In this document: one piece after another, positions 52,301 through 62,989 of the stretch
Layout: each line of letters begins with the position of its first letter
Numbering within the stretch: position 1 is the stretch's first letter
Assembly: GCF_018977255.1 (NCBI RefSeq)
Contig: NW_024704742.1
Span: 80,230,001 to 80,294,000 of the forward strand
DNA: 64,000 bases
Origin: Callorhinchus milii
Lineage: Eukaryota
Direction: 5' to 3'
Program-made: the position numbers and the translations under genes
The notes under the pieces: model-generated
Told to the model about the DNA's origin: nothing
Seen by the model: the letters and a program-made list of their open reading frames with translations, nothing else
Databases searched by the model: none

Positions 52301-53820
52301 TGATTTGGCCGAGGCAAGAGTAGAGCGGTAGGTCTTGATGAGGTCCAGCCAGATGTGAACCGTTAGGCCAGATTTGAGCCAAGTGCATTTAGCAGACCGC
52401 ACCTGGCCCATAAGCGAGCAGAGGTGGCTGGTGAACCAGGGTGAGGATTGGGAATAGGAAGCAGTTTGGGAGGTGAGGGGGTCAAGGACGTCGAGTGTGG
52501 TGGAGAGGGGGCCGTGGAGAAGAGTAAGCTCAGCAATTGGGTTGGTGCGAGAGGTGGGCCAGAGGGGAGGAGTTCAGAGGACTCCATGGCAGCGGAGAGG
52601 CACTGCGGGGAGATCTTCTTCCACGGGCAGTAGAAGATGAAGGTACGTTTGGAGGCAGTGGGGAGAGGGATATAGGAGTTGAGGGAAATGAAATGGTGGT
52701 CAGAGATGGCCTTGTCAGTGATGGTGACATCCGAGATGCTGAGGCCCCGGGTGATCACAAGGTCAAGCGGGTGACTGTGGGTGTGGGTAGCAGAGTGGAT
52801 GTGGAGGGAGAGGTTGAGAGAGGAGAGGAGAGAGGAGGAGTCTGAGGAGATGGAGCAGGAGCTGGTGAAGTGGAGATTGAAGTCACCTACGATGATGAGG
52901 TGGTCAGAGCAGAGGCAGAGAGAAGCAAAGTGGGTGGAGATGTCAGAGATGAAGGTGGGGGAGGATTTTTGGGGGCGATAAAGTAAGAGGATCTTTAGAG
53001 AGAGATGGGAGGGATGGCAGAGGGTAAGGCGTTCGAAAGAAGGGAACGAGCCGGTGGAGTAGGGGGATAGGGCAAGTGATGCCCTGGAGGGCCACACCAC
53101 CGCCACAATGGCTGGTGTGTGGGGCATGGTGTTAGGTATAGCCACGTGGTGTGGCCTCAGTGAGGGCGAAGGTGTCACGTGGGTGATCCAGGTTTCTGTG
53201 AGGGCCATAATATCAAAATTCTCACCACTGCCAGGGTCCTATTGGAGATCAAGTGCACATTTTGAAGGCCAATGTGGAGTGGACAGATGGCAGGGGGATG
53301 TGTGGGATGGGAGGAGGTAGTGGATTGGTTGGCAGGGAGGGTGGGGATGCAGATGAGGGAGGAGAGGTTAGACCTCGGGGTCTGGGTCCGGGGTGGCTTG
53401 CGGCGGTAGTGGGGAATGGGACAGTCGATGTGGCTGCTGCTGGACAACCAACGCTGAGTGCCATGATGAGCCCGGCGGAGGATTCCCAGGCTGGAGCAGA
53501 GTGAGGCAGTGGTGGGGGGGGGGGGGGGGGTCAAGCAGAGATAGGAGGTGGGGAGGGCGGAGAGAGAGAGCAGGACAGAGCGGGAAAGTTGCAGGCAGGG
53601 GGGCATTTTGAGGGAGGGCCAGTTTGGGTCAGGGGCGGCAGCCAAGATGCGCACTCTGGGACGAGAGTCGATGGGTTTAGTGGGACATTGTCAGCCTGCA
53701 GGAGGCTGTGGCGCAGAGTGGGGAGGGCGCTCATTGTGGTTAGCAACGAGCAGCCTGCAGGGGAAGGAAGGGGAGGGAGACAGACTGAGGATGGGAGGGA
53801 GGGAGACACTGGTATAAGCT
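49355..53820 (-). mobile_element. Near full-length, decayed L2 LINE (APE + RT, no evident ORF1), interrupted by a solo LTR
   Basis: MALTETW, IIVGDFN, HPLDLVIT, ISDHH (APE); [28 protein letters not shown] (RT); 3' motif at 49355-49400. Confidence 0.92.
50813..51850 (+). mobile_element. Solo LTR, 1038 bp
   Basis: TGTTAGAA...TTCTAACA termini; perfect 4-bp TSD TAAT (50809-50812 and 51851-51854); TATA-like TATAAGA near 51403; AATAAA near 51775; the flanking L2 rejoins seamlessly. Confidence 0.92.
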
Positions 53821-53859
53821 ATACTGTACTGTACCCACTATCAGATTCAAACCTGGTGG

Positions 53860-53915
53860 GCGGAAGTGACGTCACCCAGAATGGTGGGAAAATCTGGAAG
53901 TCCAAAATGGTGGCT
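53860..53915 (+). promoter_or_regulatory. ETS-CRE composite plus YY1-like motif cluster
   Basis: GCGGAAGTGACGTCAC, a second GGAAGT and CAAAATGGTGGC within about 55 bp. Confidence 0.4.
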
Positions 53916-54099
53916 CCCCGGCCAGGTAATGGCTGCCGCTCGATCTCCGAGACCCCGGCATCAGACATTCGCCCCACCTCAAGGTCCATGAGACCCTCGG
54001 CCCAACCTGCAACTACCGGGCCCTGCCTTTGGCTAACACTGGTCCCGATCCACGGGAGACCAGCCCTGTGACTCCCTGCTGCTGCCTGACTTACCTTTC

Positions 54100-54280
54100 G
54101 TGTTGAAACAGTGCAGGAGACTGTGGATGGAGAGGTCAGAGTGTGAGTGGGAGGGAGAGTTCAAATGCAAGAAACCGGAAGCTCAGAGTTGTGTTTGCGG
54201 ACAGAACGGAGGTGTTCGGCAAATCGGTCACCCAATCTGAGTTTCACCTCTCCAATGTAGAGAAGACCACATCATGAGCT
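54100..54280 (-). mobile_element. Penelope-like element, GIY-YIG endonuclease fragment
   Basis: Minus strand reads CGLLYIGEVKLRLGDRFAEHLRSVRK...LLHCFN. Confidence 0.85.
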
Positions 54281-54393
54281 AGCTAGGAGAGGGATTACTT
54301 AGCTTACGGTGGGACACACACATGTGCAGGTGTGAGTGATGTGTTAGTGAGTATGAGTCTCTTTCTGTTCGTGTGAGCCAGGCTGAGGAGCAT

Positions 54394-54448
54394 ATGGAGG
54401 GTATGATGTTGCTGTGTGTGAGTTTGTCCATCATCATCTGTCTAACAG
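54394..54448 (+). CDS. F11R: JAM-A/F11R-like gene, candidate first coding exon copy A (signal peptide)
   Basis: ATG..ACAG|gttagt encodes MEGMMLLCVSLSIIICLT plus 1 nt (phase 1). Joins in frame to the exon at 62911 to give ...CLT-VHPALG-YEV, a hydrophobic signal peptide with an A-x-G cleavage motif. Confidence 0.7.
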
Positions 54449-54542
54449 GTTAGTGTGTGTTATATAGTGTACTGATATACTGTGTATATTCCTCTCTCAC
54501 ACACACTGCGTGAGAGAGACTGTACTGATATCCTGTATATTA

Positions 54543-55640
54543 TGGAGTCCTGTAGCTCAGTGGTTGGAGCATTCACCTAGCAAGCGAGAGGACCTAAGTC
54601 CGATTCCCGGGAATGGTGAAACGGTAAGCAACAATAACTTGCACTTTTATAGCGCCCTCCATACAGGATAGCGTCTCAGAGTGCTTTCCTTAGGCAAGTT
54701 TCCTTACTCCACATGCATCGGTTTACCTAGCAGTAAATAGGAACCCGGTTGTTAGTCGATGTAATAATCCTTTCAGATAAAATAAAATAAATAACAATAA
54801 TAATTTGCTTACTCTTTCTATAACTGTTTGTGGGCATTGCTGTGTGCAATTGGCTCCACCTTACTAAGCCAGTCGAGAACCTTGGCATCTTGTTTGACCC
54901 TCAACTATGCTTTCTACTCCACATCTGTGCCATGACCCACTCTGCCTTCACTCACCTCCGCAACATCACCCAAATCCACCACTGCCTCTCTCCGCGAGCC
55001 GTCAAAACACTCATCCACACATTTATTACATTTAGGCTCGACTATGCCAACTCCCTGCTTGTCGGCCATCTGAAATCTTCCCTCCACAAGCTGCAGATCA
55101 TTCAGAACTTTACAGCTCATGTCCTCTTCCGCACCAGGCTCCGTGACCCCATCACCCCCACCCTCGCCTGGTTCCACAGAGGACAGAGTCTTTGTGTGTG
55201 TCTTTCTCTCGGTTTTTGTGGGTGTCTCTCTCAGTCTCTCTCATCCGCACCTTCAAAGCCCTCCATGGCCTTGCTCCTTCCTACTTGTGACCTGTTAACT
55301 CCATATCAATCTGTCCGCTCTCTCTGCTCAGCAGGCTCCAGCCCGTTCGGGGGCCTTCAACCTCTCTACCCCGACCCTTTGGAAATCCATCCCACAGTCC
55401 TTTTGCCTCGCAACATCCCTTGCCTCTTTCAAGGTACACATCAAGAACCTATTCTCTGATCTCACCTTCATCCACCTTCCTGCCCTCCACCCCTCCTGAT
55501 CCCAATCCTCTGCCCAGGTCCAAATCCCTGACTGTCCAGGGCTTTGGGACGTCCTCCCGGGGTGAAACCCACCATACAAACACCATACATTTGTTGTTGT
55601 TGATAAGACTATATCAAATGCAAGGATTATTATTATTATT
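54543..55640 (+). mobile_element. Long-variant family 1 SINE carrying a nested L2 3' fragment (about 54855-55600) and a short antisense L2-type tail (about 54628-54690)
   Basis: SINE head at 54543, core to 54855, L2 ORF2 C-terminus (RLDYANSLL, KLQIIQN), (TTG)n, then the SINE tail resumes at 55601. Confidence 0.8.
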
Positions 55641-56621
55641 ATATTCCCCTCTCACACACTCACAGCCCTGTCAGAGCGAGACTGAGATACATACTGTATA
55701 CTGGGTATACTTCCTTAGTCTGTGTATACTGTATACAAAAACCGAGAGAAAGACATACACAAAGACTGAGAGAAAGAGAGAGAGAGACTACAAGACAGTT
55801 TAATGTTCATTAACGTAAAATATTATTAGGGGTTTTGTTAGAGACAGAGACACAGACTAAGGAAGTGAGTGCGACTAAGGAAGAGTATACAGTATATACT
55901 CCCCTCTGACATCCAAACAGCCTGAGAGAGACTGATATACCAATTTTATTCCCCTCTCACACACACAACCTGAGAGATTGAGAGAGAAACTGAGAGAGTG
56001 AGAGACAGATGAACTCCCTTCTCTTTTCGAAGCCAAAAGAGAGAGAAATGGAGCGAGAGAGAGGAGAGAAACTCGCTTCTCATTTTCAAAAGAGAAAGAG
56101 CATGGGAGAGAGGGATACTCCCTCTTTTTTTTCGAGAGAATTCACCTTTGCACTCACTTCCTTAGTCAGTCTCTCTGTCTCTAAGAAAACCCCTAATAAT
56201 ATTTTCCGTTAATGAACATTAAAGTGTCTTGCAGTCTCTCTCTCTCTTTCTCTCAGTCTTTGTGTGTGTCTTTCTCTCGGTTTTTGTGGGTGTCCCTCTC
56301 AGTCTCTCTCTCACACTCTCTGTCTCTATCTACTCTGTCTCTCTCTCTCAGTCCCACACTCTCTCTCAGTCTCTCTGTCCGTCACTCTGAGATGGAGCGA
56401 GAGATGGAATGTGAGAGTTTCATTTGAGTATTAATGTAAAATATTATTTTGAAGTTTTGTCAAGAGAGAAAGAGAAAACATGGGAGGTTATCTGAGAGAA
56501 GGTGGGGTTGTCTGGGAGAGGGAGGGGCTAGCTTGCGGAGGGATACATACCTGTGCAGGTGTGAGTGAGTGTGTTAGTGAGTGTGAGTCTCTATTTTAGA
56601 GTGAGCCGGACTGAGGAGGAT

Positions 56622-56673
56622 ATGGAGGGTGTGAAGTTACTGTGTGTGAGCTTGTCCATCATCTGTCTAACAG
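56622..56673 (+). CDS. F11R: JAM-A/F11R-like gene, candidate first coding exon copy B (signal peptide)
   Basis: ATG..ACAG|gttagt encodes MEGVKLLCVSLSIICLT plus 1 nt (phase 1). Paralogous to 54394-54448 and in frame with the exon at 62911. Confidence 0.75.
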
Positions 56674-56711
56674 GTTAGTGTATGTTATATATACTGATGT
56701 ACTCCCCTCTG

Positions 56712-57720
56712 ATACACACATACAGACTGAGAGACACACACACATACAGATTGAGAGACACACACACATACAGACTGAGAGACACGCACATACAGACTGA
56801 GAGACACACACATACAGACTGAGAGACACACACATACAGACTGAGAGACACACACATACAGACTGAGAGACACACACATACAGACTGAGAGACACACACA
56901 TACAGACTGAGAGTCACACACACACATACAGACTGAGAGACACACATACAGACTGAGAGACACACACATACAGACTGAGAGTCACACACACACATACAGA
57001 CTGAGAGACACACATACAGAGACACACACACATACAGACTGAGACACACACATACAGACTGAGACACACACATACAGAGACACACACACATACAGACTGA
57101 GAGACACACATACAGACTGAGAGACACACATACAGACTGAGAGACACACACACACAGACTGAGACACAAACACACACAGACTGAGACACACACACACACA
57201 CAGACTGAGACACACACACACACACAGACTGAGAGACACACACAGACAGACTGAGAGACACACACACAGACTGAGAGACACACACAGACAGACTGAGAGA
57301 GACACGCACACAGACTGAGACATACACACACAGACTGGGAGAGACACACACACAGACTGGGACACATACACAGACAGACTGAGAGAGACACACACACAGA
57401 CTGAGACATACACACACAGACTGGGAGAGACACACACACACAGACTGGGACACATACACAGACAGACTGAGAGAGACACACACACACAGACTGAGATACA
57501 CACAGACTGAGAGACACGCACACACAGACTTGGACACACACACACAGACTGAGAGAGACACACACATACAGACTGAGAGAGAGATACACACACACACACA
57601 CAGACTGAGAGAGACACACACATACAGACTGAGAGAGACACACACACACACAGACTGAGAGAGAGAGAGACACACACACACACACACAGACTGAGACACA
57701 CATATAAACAGAGAGAGAGT
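56712..57720 (+). repeat. CA/GA-rich minisatellite, unit about GACTGAGAGACACACACATACA
   Basis: About 1 kb of ~20-26 bp units with variable (CA)n length. Confidence 0.95.
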
Positions 57721-58429
57721 TTAATTTGCATTAACCTAACTCTGTCTGTCCAGGGCCTTGGGATGTCCTCTTGTCGTGAAAGGTCTTATACAAATGTAAT
57801 TTTGTTGTTGTTGACACATACACACACACAGAGACTGAGACACACACACAGACTGAGAGAGAGCTTAATTTGCATTAACCTAAAATATTATTTTGAGGTT
57901 TTCTCAGAGAGACAGACAGAAATTAAGGAAGTAAGTGCAAAGCGGGCAAAGGTGACCTCTAACTCTCTCTAAAAGAGAAGAGGATTTCTCTCTCTTGGAA
58001 GACATGGGAGTTTCTCTTTCTGTCTTTCTTCGTTGCTTTCTTTCTGTCTGTTTTTCTCTCTTGCTCTCTCTGTCTCTCTCACTTTCGAAAACGCAAGGGA
58101 GTTTCTTTCTTTGTCGCTCTACTTCATTCTGTTTTTCTCTCTCGCTCTCTCGCTTTCGAAAAGAGAAGGCAGTTTCTCTCCTGGTTTCGAAAAAATAAAG
58201 GGAGTTTCTCTCTCCATGTTGTGGTTTCACTTCTCCATAAATAGTTTCGGGGCGGAGGGAGAAAGAGAGGGGGAGGAAGGCAGAGAGAGGAAGGGAGGGA
58301 GAGAGAGAGACAAAGAAAGTGAGAGACAGGAAGAGAGAGGGGAAAAGAAATAGAGGGAGAGGCAGAATGAGAGAGAGAGAGAGAGTCTGGTTAAACCAGT
58401 TTTTCACAAGTTAATCAGTAACTAATCAC

Positions 58430-59738
58430 CCAGTCCACGCCTTAATCTCTGCCTTGTTTGTGTCAAAGCTTACACTCATTCTCTCTATTTCTCTCTCGCT
58501 TCCCTCGTTGTGTAACCACCACCCAACACACACAGTCTCCCGTAGCTCGCAGTCTGATGCTGCCTCGCTGATCGCTCGCTCCCAGTCTCTGTGTGCGTGT
58601 TTTGGCTGCCGCTCCAACCCGAGCCGCTCCCCCTGAAAATGTTCCTGCTCCCATCCCCGCATTCCGCTACTCCCGCTCTGTCCTTCTCTCCCACCGCCCT
58701 CCTTCTTCTCTCCTGGACCCCACCATTACCTCGCTCTGCTCCAGCCTGAGCATCCTCCGCCAGGCACATTGTGGCTCCCGGTGTTGGTTGTCCAAGAGCA
58801 GCCGCCCCAACTGTCCCATCGCTCACTCTCTCCACAGCAACCGCCTTCAAAAGGCAAACACCCCTTCCCCCTCCCCTATCCATACCCTCTCCAATTCTCC
58901 CCATCCTCGAACTCCATGGTCACTTCTGCCCCATCGCGTCAAATCCTCTCTATACTACTCCCTCCATCACCCACCCCCACCAGCAAAACTATCTGCATTT
59001 CCCTCCAAAATGTCCGCTCCCTCTCTAACAAAGCCCTTACTATCCATGACCTCATTCTGGATGAGCACATTGATATTCTTGGGCTTACAGAAACCTGACT
59101 CTTTCCCCCAGTGATCCTATCAACTTCGTTGCAGCCTCCCCTCCTGGCTACACTTTTCCCCACACCCTCTGCCTCAACTAACATGGTGGCGGGGTGGCCC
59201 TCAACTTCCAAGCTTCCCTTGGTCTATCCCACTATTCCTCTAGCTGTTTCTCCTTCTTTGAGCACCTCACCCTCTACCATCCCTCCTCTCTCTCCCTCAA
59301 AATCTTCCTAGTTTACTGCCACCCCTCCCTCAAACCTCCTGGCTCCTTCCTCACTGATATCTCCTCTCATCCCGATCCCTCTGACCTAAACACATGCTCA
59401 TAATGGGTGATTTTGATCTCCACCTAAACTCCCCTTGCACCACCTCCTCAGATTTCACTGACCTCCTCTCCTCCTTAAACCTCACCCTCCACATCAAGTC
59501 GCCGGCCCACAACCATGGCCATTCCCTCGACCCAGTTATCACAAATGGCCTTGACATTTCCAACCTGTCTATCATGGACAAGGCCATCTCAGACCACTTT
59601 GTCATCTCCCTCTCCTCCCGCAGACCCCTCCCCTCTTCCAAGCCCTCCAACATTATTTTCCACCTCTGGAAAAAGCTTCCACCTGAGCCCCTCATAAATT
59701 CCCTCTCTTCCTTGGACATCCACTCCCTCTGGCCCTCC
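58430..59738 (+). mobile_element. L2 LINE 5' half (leader and APE endonuclease)
   Basis: [33 protein letters not shown] and ISDHF motifs. Confidence 0.88.
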
Positions 59739-60925
59739 AAGGGGGAGCATATAGAGGGTGAGGAGGAGGGGACCGAGGACAGAGCCCTGAGGGACACCAC
59801 ACAAGACAGTGCGGGGGCTGGAGGAAAAGCCGTTAGTGGAAACAAAATGGAGACGGTGGGAGAGGTACGACCTTGAAGATTGAGGTGGGAGGACAAGTGG
59901 TGGAGGAGGATAGTGTGGTCGACCGTATCGAATGCGGCCGATAGGTCGAGGAGGACGAGGAGGCAGAGGGAGCCCAGGTCGCAGATGGTCAAGATGTCAT
60001 TAGTGACCTTGATCAGGGCGGTTTCTGTGCTATGGGCAGCACGGAAACCCAACTGGAGGGGTTCAAATAGTGAATGGGTGGAGAGGAAAGAGCGCAGCTG
60101 GGAGGCGACGACTCTTTCGCGAATCTTGGACAGGAAGGGAAGGTTGGAGATGGGCCGGTAGCTTGGTAGCTGCGGTGCATCAAGGGAGGGTTTTTTCAAT
60201 ATGGGAGTGATGGTGGCAGTTTTGAGGGGAATGGGAACAGAGCCAGAGGAGAGGGACAGGTTAATGGTGTCTGTCAGAAGTGGGGCAAGGAGGTGGAGCT
60301 GGGAGATAAGGAATGGAGTGGGGATGGGGTCCAGGGAGCAAGTGGTGGGTTTCAAGGACAGGATGAGGTTGGTGACAGAGGGTGGGGAAACGGGTTTGAA
60401 GGTGTGTGGGGGGGATGGGTAGGAGTCGGAGTTTGGGAGGGAAGGGGTGCGGGGGTGGATGGAAGTTGGAGGGGCAGTGACTGCCGAGCAGATTCCCTTG
60501 ATTTGCGATTCAAGGAAATCCAGCATCTCCTCACTGTGAAGGTTGGAGGAGATGACCTGTGCGGATTATCCTGCAGTAGAAGGACGACTTGGCCGAGGCT
60601 AGAGTGGAGCAGTAAGTTTTGAGGAGGTCCAGCCAGATTTGCCGGTGGACCATTGGGCCAGATTTGAGGCAGGTGCATTCACCGGCCCGCACCTGGGTCT
60701 TCAGTGAGCGGAGGTGGGTGGTGAACCAGGGAGAGGAGTGAGAGTAAGAGACAGTACGGGAGATGATGGGGGCAAGAGTGTCGAGTGTGGAGGAGAGGGC
60801 GTTGTGGAGGAGGGTGAGAGCAGAAGAGGGGTCAGTGAGGGATGAAGGCCAGAGGGAGAGGAGTTCAGAGGACTCCAACGTAGCGGTTAGAGAGTTCGAA
60901 GAAGTGCTCGATTTTTTCACCTGAA
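59739..60925 (-). mobile_element. L2 LINE central (RT) fragment, antisense
   Basis: [51 protein letters not shown]. Confidence 0.92.
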
Positions 60926-60929
60926 AAAT

Positions 60930-61980
60930 TGAAAACATCTACTTGGCTGCATTGTACTCTTCCTCCCACCCCACCCAGACCATCCACGCCGCCTTTTCCC
61001 TCTGCCATGGCTCCTGCCACTACCCCCTCCTTACACTCATTTGCCACCATTTCTCCCTCCTCCCTCTCAACCACAATCACCTGGGTGAAGTTCACTACCT
61101 GCTACTTTGAGCCCCTCCCCACCCAGCTGGTGGTCACTCAACTCCCCCTCCTCTTCCCCCTGCTGACTGACACGTTCAACCAGTCTCTCTCCTCAGTCTC
61201 TGTTCCACTCTCGCTGAAAACCGCTGTCATCAAACCCCTCCTCAAAAAACCCAACCTCGATCCCTCTAATCTCTCACACCACCATCCCATCTCCAACCTA
61301 ACTTTTCTTGCCAAAGTTCTGGAACGCATTGTTGCAGGTCAACTTCTGTCACACCTCTCCCTCCTCGAGCCCTTGCAGTCTGGTTTTCACGCTGCCCACA
61401 GCACAGACAATGTTTGTCAAAGTCACAAATGACATTCTCTCTATCTGTGACCAGGGCTCCCTCTGCCTCCTGGGTCTCTCTGCCGCGTTTGACATAGACA
61501 ACCACACCATCCTCCTCCTCTTCCGTCTCTCCTCCCTCATCTACTTTAGTGGGACTCGCATGGTTCGAGTCCTATTTAACCAACCTCCTCCATTTCATCT
61601 CAGCAAATGGTTTCTCCTCCTGCCCCTGACCGGTCACCTGCGGGGTATCTGAGGGCTCCATCCTCGGCCCTCTTCTTTTCCTCATCTATATGCTCCATCT
61701 AGATGATATCATCCGCAGACACGAGGTAAGCTTCCACATGTATGTGGGTGACACGCAAATCTACTTTGCCTCCTCCAGCATTGACTCCAGGTCCGCTGAT
61801 GTTCTATCAGCTTGTCTGGCAGACATCAAGGCCTGGATGAGTGCAAACTTCCTGCAGCTTAATGTTGACAAGACGGAAGCCATACTCCTTGGCTCCCATC
61901 AATGTCTTCACTCCTTTGAATCTAAACTCCTGAACCTCCCTGGACTCTCCTTCAGACTCACTGAACCAGTGCGCAACCTA
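60930..61980 (+). mobile_element. Older L2 LINE RT fragment
   Basis: LLKKPNLDP, QSGF, LSAAFD, YVGDTQIY, WMSANFLQLN. Confidence 0.88.
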
Positions 61981-62011
61981 CGCTCCGGTTCGAGCGCCAC
62001 TGTTTAGCTCT

Positions 62012-62310
62012 GTGGAGTCCTGTAGCTCAGTGGTAAGAGCACTTGTTTTGCAAGCGAGAGACCTGGGTTCGATTCCCGGCAGGTTGAAACCTTGGGCAAG
62101 TTTCCTTACTCCACACACCTGATAATAATCCCTCAAGAAAACAAAACAATATTCAATTGGTCATTTCAATCCACGACTCTTTGTGGGACACTGCTGTGTG
62201 CAATTGGCTGCCGCGTTCCCTCCACAATTCACTTTACAGTCTATTCTGTGAAGCGCTTTGAGACGTCGAGAAGACATGAAAAGTGCTATATCAAATGCAA
62301 GGATTATTAT
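62012..62310 (+). mobile_element. tRNA-derived SINE, family 1
   Basis: A box and B box (GGTTCGATTCC), core and tail. Confidence 0.9.
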
Positions 62311-62910
62311 AATAATGCATAATTATTATGCTACCCTGCACGGAGGGCACTATACAAGTGCAAGTTGTTGTTGTTTGCTATGCAGGTGCTTGCTCCCCCC
62401 ACATTGTTACTCTCTTCTCTAACCCCATTGCCCGCCCTCTCTCTGTCCCTCTTAGTCTGTCTGTCTCTCTCTCACACACACTATCTCACAAACAACTCTC
62501 TGTTCCAACTATTGTGTGTTTGCTGTTGCTAGCTTGCCCCACACTGCTGCTCTCTACTCTAACCCCATTCCCCCACTCTCCCCCTCGGCCTCCCCCTCGC
62601 CCCACCCCCCTCAGCCTCGCCCCGCCGCCCTCGGCCTCTCCCACTCCCCGTCTCGCACTCGCGCGCTTGGCCTCTGTTCAGGATGTAGGTTAGAGATCTG
62701 TCATGGTGGGGTTAGAGAAGGGAGATTCTCTTTCTCTCCCAGTGTCCTGGCTGACAGATAAAACAACATTAAACACACAGTCACTACACTTTACATTGAA
62801 ACATGGATTTAGTGTGAGATGGATAGAGACTTGAGTAAGTCCGTGGATGGATTAAGGTGTGAGAGAGAGATGGATAGAAACATAAGTAATAATTCTTGTT
62901 ATATCTACAG

Positions 62911-62976
62911 TTCATCCTGCGTTGGGATATGAAGTTTCGACAGCTAATTCAGTGGTTCGCTCCCAACCAGGAAAAT
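62911..62976 (+). CDS. F11R: JAM-A/F11R-like exon 2 (end of signal peptide, start of Ig V domain)
   Basis: ctacag|TTCATC...GAAAAT|gtgagt, 66 nt, phase 1-1. Reads (V)HPALGYEVSTANSVVRSQPGK(S) and splices in frame into the next exon. Confidence 0.85.
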
Positions 62977-62989
62977 GTGAGTAACAAAC

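Noticed and set aside
56659..57731. Long Cys/Val/Ser-rich minus-strand ORFs
   Set aside because: These are translations of the CA/GA minisatellite.
62400..62690. Hydrophobic/Pro-rich ORF as JAM-A exon 1
   Set aside because: No suitable ATG and phase-1 donor pair; the C-rich composition resembles L2 leader or low-complexity sequence.
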